Positions 50,588 to 59,833 of a DNA stretch of 64,000 nt are shown here, one piece after another; position 1 is the stretch's first letter; every line of letters starts with the position of its first letter. The position numbers were made by a program, and so were the translations under genes. Origin of the DNA: Spirochaetia bacterium (GTDB lineage: Bacteria > Spirochaetota > Spirochaetia > UBA9216); contig OY776510.1 in assembly GCA_963675665.1 (NCBI GenBank), positions 2,976,001 through 3,040,000 of the forward strand, written 5' to 3'. The notes under the pieces were generated by a model, which saw only the letters and a program-made list of their open reading frames with translations, did not search any database and was not told where the DNA came from.

Positions 50588-53500
50588 CCGGGACGGCCCT
50601 TAAGCCTTGTTTTTATTATATTTGGCAGAACAAGAAGAGACATCAGCGTTGATACAACGAGCCCGCCTATTATTGAGACCGCAAGAGAAGCCTGGCTTGA
50701 CGTTCCGAAAGGATCGATTGCCAAAGGGATCAGGGCCGTTATTGTGGTCAGGCTTGTCATCAGGATGGGCCTGAGCCGCGAGATTGTTCCGCGGTAGATG
50801 GCCCCGAGCGGCAGGGCCCCGCTTTGTTTCATCAAGCGGGATGCTTCCTCAAAAAGAAGAATCCCGTTGTTGACCGAAATGCCCATTACAACAAGGATTC
50901 CGAGGCTTGAATTGAGGTTGAGCGAATGTCCGGTCAGAAACAGTATTGCAATGATCCCTGAAGCGCCGGCCGGAATGCTGAGCATAAGAAGAAGCGGCAG
51001 GAAGAAAGATTCAAACTGGATTCCGAGACACAGGTAGAGCAGTATTACAGCCAGAATAAGCGTGCGGATTATCTGTGGAAGCTGGGACATCAAAACCGGG
51101 ACGTCCCGGGGTTCCGCTCCGCGGCTTTTAAGCAGACTGGTTATGTTCCTGCCTGTGTCGGAAGGGGTCCTTATTACAGCGAGATCCTTTCTCCCTTCCC
51201 GCAGCAGGTATGGAAGGGCCTGTTCATCCTGAATCCTGACAATCGAACTCAGGCGGACCGGAGCAGAACCCTGTCCGGGCATGTTCAACTGAAGAATGTC
51301 TCCGCGTTCGGAACGTTCGGATTCCATGATACGGAGTCGTACATCCGTCTCCTCTCCGTTTATCAGAATATTTGTCGGTATCTCTCCGTAGACGGCCTGC
51401 CCGATATGCTCGCTGAGATCGGAAAGACCTATGCCGTATGATGAAAGGGCCTTCCGGTCAGGGTAGACGAGTATCCGGGTCTTTCTATCCTCAGGCACCA
51501 GACGGACATCGGCAAGACCCCGGACTGCTTCCTCGGCGCTGCGCCTGACAATCCCGGGTTTGTCGCCGCTGATTACCCAGTCGGAATTCACGTTGATTCC
51601 TAAAAGATTTGCAAGGATATTTTCGGGGGGGCCTGTATTAAGAGTCCCGGTTTCCGGTGCTGTCAAGGAAGAAAGGCGCTTCTTTATAAAGGCTGTATCC
51701 GCATTTTTCCGGTGATTGATTTCAAGCTGGATTATCCCGGATGATTCATCGGTTGAGGCAAGATAGTATGGGTCGGAGCTTTCTCCTCCGGCCCAGGCAT
51801 TTACATGTTCTACTCCCGAAATTGTTGATATTTCGCCTGCAAGCTCTTCGGCAGTAAGCCTGACTGATTTAATGCTTGTTCCAGGCGGAAGCTTCAGACT
51901 GCCGCGGATTATCCCCTCGTTTATCGGGGTAATCACCTCGAGCGGAAGCTCCGGAAAGGGAATGACGGCCGCTGCACAGCAGAGCAGCGCAATAAGGCCG
52001 GCTATTGCCGGATGTTTCATCCCAGTTTTTACCAGCCTGATTATCGGTCTTGGGTTCCCCCGGTTTTTTATATCATTGATATCTTTGGGATTCAGGACAA
52101 GATAAAGAACGGGAATAAATGAAAGCGCCAGAAGAAGCGAGGATATCAGCGCGAAAATGACGCTCAGCCCCAGATCGGCGAATAACGAACCGGTTAATCC
52201 CCTGATAAACAAAAGGGGTAAAAACACTATAACGGTCGTAAGGGTAGAGCCTGCAAGCGAAGGGGCAAGTTCCCTCAGCGCCTGTGAAACAAGCGCTATC
52301 CGGGCTTCGGGCTCCTGAGAAGAAAGCCCGAGTCTGCTCATACGCTCGGTTACCACTATTGAATTGTCAACTACCATTCCGACTCCGAGGGCAAGACCTC
52401 CCAGACTCATCAGGTTAAGGCTTTTTCCGGTAAGAAAAAGCATGAGAACCGACAACAGCAGCGAGGAGGGCAGTGAAATCAGAAGAAGCAGGGCCCTCGG
52501 AAGATTGCGCATAAACAGCAGTATGATGACAAAGGCAAAGACTGCCCCCGATAACAGCGAAAAAGCGAGATCGTGCATTGACTGTTTAAGAGAAAGCGAA
52601 CGATCGGAGATAATATAAATATCAAGATCGCGTCCGAAGCTGCGGCTGATCTCCTCCAGTTCTCTGCGTATGTTTTCTGCCATTGCAGCGGGCGAGAATC
52701 CGGCAGTCCGTCTAATTTGCAGTCTCACGCCTTCTCTTATACCTGATCCGGAAGCCGAGAAAAAGACGGACGATTGTTCTTTTTGCCCCATTTCTATAGA
52801 CGCAACGTCTCTCAGCCGGATTGTCGCGGATGAAGAATCTCCATTCTGTTTCGGCAGAAAGATCCCGCCGAGTTCCATCAGACTTTGGGCCCTTGAACGG
52901 GTCTTGACCAGGTATTCGGTATTTCCTTCGGTTATTGTTCCGGCGGGATAGTCTATGTTTGCGCCTTCGAGTGCAGAGGCAAGCGCCGGAAGTGTATAGC
53001 CGAGGCCTGCAAGGCGCTTCGGATCAACCTCAACTTTAACCTCGTCTGTAAGGCCGCCGGAAAGCTGAATGGAACCGACCCCTTCAATCCTCTGAAGGCG
53101 CGAGCGAAGCTCCCGATCGGCAATTCTGCGGGCAAGCGAGAGCGAGCCGTTTTTCGGAAAGATTCCGAGGGTTATAATGGGCTGGTCTCCGGGATCAACA
53201 GCAAGGACGCGGGGCTTTGATGCGTCCGAGGGAAGATTGTGCCATGCCAGATCGATTACGCCCCGGGTTTCCAGCCCGGCTTCAGTACGATCGGTTCCCC
53301 ACGGAAATTCAAGTTCTATGAGCGATAGCCCGTCGCGCGAGATGCTTTTTATTCTTCTTAGTCCTCCGAGAGAGGACAGGGAATCTTCAAGAGGAATCGT
53401 AATAAGCCTGCGAATTTCATCGGCAGGAAGCCCCTGATAAGTTGAGATGACCGTCAGCCTGGGGACGGAAAAGTCCGGAAGAAAATCGGTGCGTATATTG

Positions 53501-53589
53501 AATAATGTCCAGATGCCTCCTGTGATTAAACCCGTCCAGAGCATGATTGTGCCGACGGGGCGTCTTAAAAAGAGCTCAGGAATCTTCAT
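50584..53589 (-). CDS. RND (AcrB-family) permease, copy 1
   Basis: LRRPV, ITIPLED, LNLMSLGGLALGVGMVVDNSIVV, QFESF..PL, RLRPILMT. Confidence 0.92.
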   Translation of the reverse strand: MKIPELFLRRPVGTIMLWTGLITGGIWTLFNIRTDFLPDFSVPRLTVISTYQGLPADEIRRLITIPLEDSLSSLGGLRRIKSISRDGLSLIELEFPWGTDRTEAGLETRGVIDLAWHNLPSDASKPRVLAVDPGDQPIITLGIFPKNGSLSLARRIADRELRSRLQRIEGVGSIQLSGGLTDEVKVEVDPKRLAGLGYTLPALASALEGANIDYPAGTITEGNTEYLVKTRSRAQSLMELGGIFLPKQNGDSSSATIRLRDVASIEMGQKEQSSVFFSASGSGIREGVRLQIRRTAGFSPAAMAENIRRELEEISRSFGRDLDIYIISDRSLSLKQSMHDLAFSLLSGAVFAFVIILLFMRNLPRALLLLISLPSSLLLSVLMLFLTGKSLNLMSLGGLALGVGMVVDNSIVVTERMSRLGLSSQEPEARIALVSQALRELAPSLAGSTLTTVIVFLPLLFIRGLTGSLFADLGLSVIFALISSLLLALSFIPVLYLVLNPKDINDIKNRGNPRPIIRLVKTGMKHPAIAGLIALLCCAAAVIPFPELPLEVITPINEGIIRGSLKLPPGTSIKSVRLTAEELAGEISTISGVEHVNAWAGGESSDPYYLASTDESSGIIQLEINHRKNADTAFIKKRLSSLTAPETGTLNTGPPENILANLLGINVNSDWVISGDKPGIVRRSAEEAVRGLADVRLVPEDRKTRILVYPDRKALSSYGIGLSDLSEHIGQAVYGEIPTNILINGEETDVRLRIMESERSERGDILQLNMPGQGSAPVRLSSIVRIQDEQALPYLLREGRKDLAVIRTPSDTGRNITSLLKSRGAEPRDVPVLMSQLPQIIRTLILAVILLYLCLGIQFESFFLPLLLMLSIPAGASGIIAILFLTGHSLNLNSSLGILVVMGISVNNGILLFEEASRLMKQSGALPLGAIYRGTISRLRPILMTSLTTITALIPLAIDPFGTSSQASLAVSIIGGLVVSTLMSLLVLPNIIKTRLKGRPG

Positions 53590-55132
53590 CAAAAAGCTCC
53601 GCTGTCCAGTCTTTCGTCATCGAGTTTCCAAGACTGTCGGTAAGATCCGAATAAACCTGAAACAGGATAAGCCCGCTCTGCTCGGCATCATCGGTAAGCG
53701 ACGAGATCAGTCGAACTAAACCTTGATCAGCTTCGGGCGTCGGAACCGGGGACGAAGCTGCTGCAAGCGAATCGCCGGGATTGAATATTTGAAAATCAAG
53801 ATAACCGACTGATATGCAGGAATCGGCGGGGCTTATCAGAAAGTTTTCAACAAGGCTGAAGAAGGGAAGTTCCGCCCCGTCCGCAAGGCCGAAATAGTAA
53901 TCGATGTAGTAGGGATATTCGGTTGCGTCGCCGCCTGATGTATCGAGAATTTCATGACTTGATACAGCCGCTGAGGGAGTTTCAGCATCGTATATGCAGA
54001 ATCCTGTTCCGCCGTCGGGGGCCATGTTTACGCGCTCAAGCAGGGGGGGCGAAGATCCCCGACCGTCCACAAAAATGTAGTATATGTATTCTTCCTCTAT
54101 ACAGTTGTCCTGAAGATCGCTTAAGCCGGTTGATACGGCTATCCGGTATAGTTCATGCCAGAGAAGAGCGTCGTCAAAACTGATTATCATCTCTGCGGGG
54201 CTCGCTCCGTCATCGAAGCTGATATCAAAGTCAATGTCCGGTTCGACTGTAATTGCCGCCTCTGCGCTATCCCGGTTAACCTCTTCGGAAAAACCGAGTC
54301 GTATATCCCAGTCTTTCTCCCACCCGGTATTCACATTGATTTCCTGACCGTCCGGGGCCGAGGCAATAAGGTTCAGAGACCCTTCATCAGATGCCGCCGA
54401 AGTTATAAAAGGAGGCTCTTCGTCGCTGCCGACTCTGAAACTTGAGCTGTACTCTTCTGATAGAGCATAACCGTTTGTGCTTTTCAGATCGGTTGAGATA
54501 ACTATCGTGTATTCCTGTTGCCATTCAAGTTTTTCGGCAGGAGTAAATGTAAATATCGTCAGGTTTGCATCGAGCTTCGAGACGCCGGTAACGGACGGGC
54601 TTATTGAAAAAGCTGAGAGGACCGAATCAGGAGAAACCGGCGTGTTGAAGACAACAGCAACAGTTTTTTGCTGATCATCTACAGTTTCATCATCTGCGGG
54701 CGACACGGAAACGATAAGGGGCCTTTGCCCTCGCGCACCGATTCTGAACCTTGCCTGGAAGTCCTCGAACAGCGAGTTTCCTTGTGAATCTTCGGCGGAA
54801 GTAGTAAGTTTTATCTCGTAATCAGTATTGTCTTCCATCCGGGAATAGGGAACAAAGGTAAGTGCTGTTCCTTCGATTGATACCCTTCCGGGCACTTCCG
54901 TGCCCTCTGTGGTTATGCTGAAAGCGCCCTCCGTGCAGACCGGCTCGGGCTCCCTGTTGAATATCAGTTTCACATCCGAAATCTCCGATGGAGAACCCAA
55001 ATCTCCGCCGGGACTCCACGATACTATTTCGAGCGGCGAGCTGAGCATAGCGCTGCATGAAAAAAGAAGCGGAAAGACAACGAAGGTTGACAGAAATGTT
55101 TTTTGAAGGCTAAAAAAAGTTTTCATAATCAT
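53576..55132 (-). CDS. Lipoprotein with tandem Big_5-like Ig domains (B)
   Basis: LLFSC lipobox; three P.I.S..P...V...F..... / L....Y.I.I...L.D..GN repeats plus a C-terminal domain. Confidence 0.8.
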   Translation of the reverse strand: MIMKTFFSLQKTFLSTFVVFPLLFSCSAMLSSPLEIVSWSPGGDLGSPSEISDVKLIFNREPEPVCTEGAFSITTEGTEVPGRVSIEGTALTFVPYSRMEDNTDYEIKLTTSAEDSQGNSLFEDFQARFRIGARGQRPLIVSVSPADDETVDDQQKTVAVVFNTPVSPDSVLSAFSISPSVTGVSKLDANLTIFTFTPAEKLEWQQEYTIVISTDLKSTNGYALSEEYSSSFRVGSDEEPPFITSAASDEGSLNLIASAPDGQEINVNTGWEKDWDIRLGFSEEVNRDSAEAAITVEPDIDFDISFDDGASPAEMIISFDDALLWHELYRIAVSTGLSDLQDNCIEEEYIYYIFVDGRGSSPPLLERVNMAPDGGTGFCIYDAETPSAAVSSHEILDTSGGDATEYPYYIDYYFGLADGAELPFFSLVENFLISPADSCISVGYLDFQIFNPGDSLAAASSPVPTPEADQGLVRLISSLTDDAEQSGLILFQVYSDLTDSLGNSMTKDWTAELFDEDS

Positions 55133-56598
55133 TCTTCCTCCGCAAGGAATATGAATGATATTGCGTCAAGAAGGTACGAACCGCCGGGGGGTGCCGAATC
55201 GGATGAGCCGGCAGTAATTCTGAAGCGGTAGTAAACCGGCTCTCCCACAGAACAGCTTGCGAGATCTTCGTAAATTAATCGTATCCGTGTTTCACTTTCC
55301 CAGGCGGACGAATAGAGAGACGGGGCTGCAGTTCCGGGAGGGAAGACCGGAGACAGGCTTATGCACGAAACGAATTCCCGGCGTTCGTTTATTGATTCGG
55401 AGGGGAAGCCTTCGGCAAGGTTGACATAGAAATAAAGGGTGTCCGTGCCGTAGTAATCAAGATTCGGAATCGTAATATAACCGTCGTTGTTGAAGTCTCC
55501 TGCATACAGGACCATATTGGGCGGGATATTGTCTTCGATTTCCACACTCACTATTTCCTGGGCCGGTATTGACGGTGTGAAATACAGGCTCCAGTTGCTG
55601 GTAGTGGAATTCCCCCTTGTGTCCATCAATCCTTCTTCAATAATCAGTTCATATTCCTGATCAGGAGGAAGTTCTTCGTCGATGTAATACAATGCTGTCT
55701 GGGGATCTATGGCCACGATATATCCGTCTATAGAGGGGGTGAGCGACAGCTGACGTCTCAGGCTTGAGAAATCAATGCTTTCCGAAAAGGTTAGCGCAAG
55801 ATGCTGCCCGAGCAGCAGATCATCAGCGGAAAGGGCTGTCAATACCGAATAACTGCCGTCGGCGTTGTCGCCGGCAGGATAGATCCCGGTCACCGATGGA
55901 GCATCGGTATCTGCCTGGACAAGAAAGCTTCCGCTGCTTTTCCGGGGAAGGGGGATTCCCGCCTCGTCCGTTACCTCCGGAGATATACTCCAGTTGTAGC
56001 AGCACAGATTAATCCAGGCGTTGTCGGGAGTGATTGTTACAACAGTAGAATTTTCGTTCCAGCTGCAGTCGAATTCTGCAGACGGCCTGAGGGTGAACCC
56101 GTCGTCAAACGAATTCCTGTCTATCGGTTTGCTGAATGAGAACACAATGGTGTTGTCGACATCGACAATCGCCGTATTATCCGGAACTGTCGAAACGAGA
56201 ACCGGCGGAAGCTCGTCGGTTTGATAGTAAAATGGAATATCTATATATTTGGTAAAGCTTCTGCCGTCTGCTGTTTTCAAATCGCCGAAGATCTGCATCC
56301 GATACCTGTGCCCCGGCTGCATCTCTTTATGCGGAGCAAATACAACCGAATCGGTTTCCCAAAGAAAGTCTCCGTCCGCATCGCCGTCCGGGCCTGCAAG
56401 ACTGAATATCGATTCAAACGAGAAGCGGTCAGGCTCTTCGGAGAACCGGACAGTTATATATTCCTCCGGGCCGAAAATTTGTTCGGGTTCCGACGGATCC
56501 GGTTCAAGCTCCAGATCCCCGAGCCATATAAGTGCGCAGGAAAAAAACAGCAAAGGCAGGGCGCTGATGAATAGAACCGAAAGGGATTTATTGTACAT
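55129..56598 (-). CDS. Lipoprotein with tandem Big_5-like Ig domains (A)
   Basis: LFFSC lipobox; FSEEPD, FSKPID, FSESID repeats; D..G closing strands. Confidence 0.8.
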   Translation of the reverse strand: MYNKSLSVLFISALPLLFFSCALIWLGDLELEPDPSEPEQIFGPEEYITVRFSEEPDRFSFESIFSLAGPDGDADGDFLWETDSVVFAPHKEMQPGHRYRMQIFGDLKTADGRSFTKYIDIPFYYQTDELPPVLVSTVPDNTAIVDVDNTIVFSFSKPIDRNSFDDGFTLRPSAEFDCSWNENSTVVTITPDNAWINLCCYNWSISPEVTDEAGIPLPRKSSGSFLVQADTDAPSVTGIYPAGDNADGSYSVLTALSADDLLLGQHLALTFSESIDFSSLRRQLSLTPSIDGYIVAIDPQTALYYIDEELPPDQEYELIIEEGLMDTRGNSTTSNWSLYFTPSIPAQEIVSVEIEDNIPPNMVLYAGDFNNDGYITIPNLDYYGTDTLYFYVNLAEGFPSESINERREFVSCISLSPVFPPGTAAPSLYSSAWESETRIRLIYEDLASCSVGEPVYYRFRITAGSSDSAPPGGSYLLDAISFIFLAEEE

Positions 56599-57955
56599 CT
56601 ACCGGGTCTCCTTCTTTAAGAAGGGGCGACGGATCTATGACTATAACATCGCCTTCTTCAAGCCCCTCGATAAGTTCATGCATTCCTCCCGATTCAGCCT
56701 CGACAACCACGCTCCTGGGATAAACCCTTCCGCCCTGTACAAGAAGCACCAGCCCGCGGCTGCCGTCGAGCCGGACGAACGAATTCGCCGGCAGCCGGAC
56801 AAGCTGCCGCGGGGGTCCGTATGTCAGCGAGAACCTGGAAAACATTCCGGGACGAAAGAGTCCTTCATTATTATCCAGTCCGGCTTTGATTGTAATATTA
56901 CCGCTGCCTGTATCTATGGTGGGGCTTATCCGGCGGATTGTCGCAGAAAATACCCGGTCTTTTACCGCGTCGAGACTCAACTCTACGGGCTGTCCGGGAG
57001 TCAGAAGGACGCCGATTTCTTCAGGCACTCCGAAAACGAGGTCCACCTCGGAAGAATCAAAGATGGTGAAAAGCTTGTCGTCCGCCTGAATTCTCTCTCC
57101 GGTTTCCATATATCTTGCCCCGATTATTCCGTCCATAGGCGAGAAGAGTTTTGTTTCCTCAATCAGGGCTTCAGCTGACTGCAGTTCCGTTTCGGCGGAT
57201 TTTACCTTCGCTTCAGCCGCTTTCAGCTCGGATTTCAACGTAAGCGAATTAAGGTTAAGAAGCAGTTTAAGTTTCCCGGCTTCATCGGAAGGAATATCGT
57301 AACCGTATTCGATAATATCCTTGTCCCTGAATCCGATTTTTTTAATCATTATGTCCTTTTCAAGGATCTTTATTTCCGTTTCAAGAGCTGAAAAAGAGAG
57401 TTCCATTGACGACAGATCTTCTTCGGCGGCTCCGCCTATGCTGAACAATTCCCTCTCGTTTTCGAGAAGCCCACGCTGATGTTCCAGTTCCAGAAGTTTC
57501 TGCTTCAGATTGAGTTCGGACTTCTCGATAGAAATCAGGTTGCCTTCTATTCGGAGTCTGCCCTCCCTGTATTGCGTTTCGGACAGTTCGTATGCAGCTT
57601 CAGCCGAGAAGAGAGAAGCCCGGGCCTGCTCCCTGCGTATCTCAAGCTGGATGTTGTAAAGGATTGCAACAGGCTGCCCGTTCCTTGCCTTGTCGCCTTC
57701 TTCAACCAGGAGATCCCTTATAGTTCCGTCGACCGCCGAGGTAATATCGGCCTTGCTGCGAAACGAAAGGTTTCCAAAACCGTCTATAACCTGCCTGATC
57801 TCTTCCCGTTTCAGGCGGCACACGCTTACACTGCGGGCTTCTCCGGCATCGGATATGTCACGGATCTCTTTCTTGCCGGTGCAGCAGGAAAAAAGCTGTA
57901 AAATTGTAAGCGTTATAATTACTGTTATGATCGTTCCGGTTTTTAATCGCATCAT
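56588..57955 (-). CDS. RND periplasmic adaptor (MFP) with long helical hairpin
   Basis: ITSAVDGTI..LLVEEGD, SPMDGII, GERI, ISPTID..SG, FRPGMF, GLEEGD; ATG at 57955 via TAATG overlap. Confidence 0.92.
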   Translation of the reverse strand: MMRLKTGTIITVIITLTILQLFSCCTGKKEIRDISDAGEARSVSVCRLKREEIRQVIDGFGNLSFRSKADITSAVDGTIRDLLVEEGDKARNGQPVAILYNIQLEIRREQARASLFSAEAAYELSETQYREGRLRIEGNLISIEKSELNLKQKLLELEHQRGLLENERELFSIGGAAEEDLSSMELSFSALETEIKILEKDIMIKKIGFRDKDIIEYGYDIPSDEAGKLKLLLNLNSLTLKSELKAAEAKVKSAETELQSAEALIEETKLFSPMDGIIGARYMETGERIQADDKLFTIFDSSEVDLVFGVPEEIGVLLTPGQPVELSLDAVKDRVFSATIRRISPTIDTGSGNITIKAGLDNNEGLFRPGMFSRFSLTYGPPRQLVRLPANSFVRLDGSRGLVLLVQGGRVYPRSVVVEAESGGMHELIEGLEEGDVIVIDPSPLLKEGDPVDVQ

Positions 57956-59379
57956 TATTCGCAGTCCTTTATCAGGGAATTTGCTCCGTAATGGATGCTT
58001 GAACACAGGTGTTCAAGCTTGCCGAAGCCGGTCCCCGTAAGCTTTTCAAAAGCCCTTTCGGTTTGCATCAGTTCCATTACCTCTTCAAGAATGCCTATTT
58101 CTCCGCTGTAGAATTCGATTCTCGCTTCAAGCAGATCGGCTTCGGTGACCTCTCCCATTGTATTTCTTGTTTCAAGAATCTTCAGACGTTTATTCTGAAG
58201 CTCCTGGGTGCTGCGCCTTACCGTCAGTCTCAGTCTCATGTGTTCAAGTTCTTTCAGGGCGGTACGGACTGAGCGGTTGAGGGAGGTGACGGCGCTTTCA
58301 AGTTCTTCGGCCGCCTGCCGGAGTTGAAGCTTTGCTGATTTGCCGTCTGCAATAAAACCCGGGTCCGGCAATAACGAGACGTCGGCGCTGCCGGAACGTG
58401 AAATCTGATCATTGCCCTGGAATCCGCCGCCCATGCCGATTTCGGAGGGAGCCGGACTAAACGGAAATCCGAAGTTGAGACTCACGGAGCCTCCGGGCTG
58501 TTGAAGCGGAAAATCCGTTCCGCTTATAACCAGATTCACTTCAAGCGATATTGACGGAATATACGCCCTTTTTGAGAGTTCGTATTCCGTTCTTATCTGT
58601 TCTAGTTCGATGCGCTTTCCCCTGAGTTTCAGATTCGCCGTAGCTGCAGTCTGTAACCAGATACTGTGGTCATTTTCCCAAAGCTGAAGGCCCTGATATT
58701 CACGATCAAGAGAGCCTTTGAGTTCAAGAGGATTTTTTTCGAAAAAGAGGTGATCGAATCCGAGTAATACGGCGAAGTCCTGCATCAGTCCTTCGGTTTC
58801 GGTTTCGGTGTCCATAATGTCGAGTTCCATTTCCCTTACTTCAATAGCCGCTTCAAGGTAATCAAGCTCGGTCAGAGTTCCCATTTCGTATTTTTTGGCT
58901 GTAACCGAAAGCTGCTTGACCGAAATATCAAGCAATTCCTTCTGAAGATCCATTTTCTGTTCATTTAAAAGCAGGCCGTAGAAAAAACCCCACACGCTGT
59001 CGCGCAGTTCTTCCATACTGTTTTCAAGCGACGCGGCCTGCATTCGTAACCGGACATCTGCAAGCCTGAGGCCCTCAAGGCCCCGGCCTCCGTTGAAAAG
59101 CGGCTGTGTAATACTGAGTCCGAGTTGGATCGACTCTGAATCGCCTGAATGAAGGTTTGCCTGCCGGCCTGAACTATAGCTAAGATCAAAGCTGGGCAGG
59201 AAACTTCGAATATCAAGTTTGTTCTGAAGCGCTGCAAGTTCAATCTGTTCCCTTGCGTGGATAAGCTCTTTTGAGGATTCAAGAGCAAGCCTTTCAGCTG
59301 TATCAAGATCTATTCCCGTCGAATAAACAGCGACAGCTGATGTGAAAAAAAGGATTACAAACAGCCTATTTTTCATCAT
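57955..59379 (-). CDS. TolC-family outer membrane channel
   Basis: LPSFDLS, ITQPLFNGG, YEMGTLTELDYLEA, MGEVTEADLLEA duplicated halves. Confidence 0.88.
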   Translation of the reverse strand: MMKNRLFVILFFTSAVAVYSTGIDLDTAERLALESSKELIHAREQIELAALQNKLDIRSFLPSFDLSYSSGRQANLHSGDSESIQLGLSITQPLFNGGRGLEGLRLADVRLRMQAASLENSMEELRDSVWGFFYGLLLNEQKMDLQKELLDISVKQLSVTAKKYEMGTLTELDYLEAAIEVREMELDIMDTETETEGLMQDFAVLLGFDHLFFEKNPLELKGSLDREYQGLQLWENDHSIWLQTAATANLKLRGKRIELEQIRTEYELSKRAYIPSISLEVNLVISGTDFPLQQPGGSVSLNFGFPFSPAPSEIGMGGGFQGNDQISRSGSADVSLLPDPGFIADGKSAKLQLRQAAEELESAVTSLNRSVRTALKELEHMRLRLTVRRSTQELQNKRLKILETRNTMGEVTEADLLEARIEFYSGEIGILEEVMELMQTERAFEKLTGTGFGKLEHLCSSIHYGANSLIKDCE

Positions 59380-59833
59380 AAATTGCCGAAGCAAGTTCAG
59401 CGATATTACTGTCGATCAGTTCAAAAGTCCACGAAAAGGAATCAATGCTTTTTTCGGTATCTTCGGTATAGAGCCTGTATGCCGCCGCTTCACCGTTCAG
59501 GGAAAGCTCGAGTCTCAGTGTCACTGATTCGCGGCTGCTGTAATCATACTGCCATTTTTTCATATGGAGAAAGATCTCCAGCTCGTAGATATCCTCGTCA
59601 GATTGTTCAAAGACTGTAAAGCCTGCGCCGGCAAGACAGCTTTTTACAAGGTCGGGCAACTCTTCCGAGATACCGTCAAGAATATAAGAAGGTTTGAGAG
59701 TGATTTTATTCAGATGGACCCCGGCAGATACAGGTATCTCCGTATATATTCTGGTTGAGCTGCTTCCGGGCAGAGTTGAGCAGGAACACAGAAAAACTGT
59801 GATTATAATGCCAGCGGCAATGATTTTTTTCAT
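59366..59833 (-). CDS. Lipoprotein, unknown function
   Basis: FLCSC lipobox; ATGA overlap with the TPR gene. Confidence 0.75.
   Translation of the reverse strand: MKKIIAAGIIITVFLCSCSTLPGSSSTRIYTEIPVSAGVHLNKITLKPSYILDGISEELPDLVKSCLAGAGFTVFEQSDEDIYELEIFLHMKKWQYDYSSRESVTLRLELSLNGEAAAYRLYTEDTEKSIDSFSWTFELIDSNIAELASAIYDEK

Noticed and set aside
56249-57178. 309-aa + strand ORF and other long antisense ORFs (e.g. 13584-14300, 39769-40476)
   Set aside because: They are shadows of well-supported genes on the opposite strand, with no recognisable motifs or RBS
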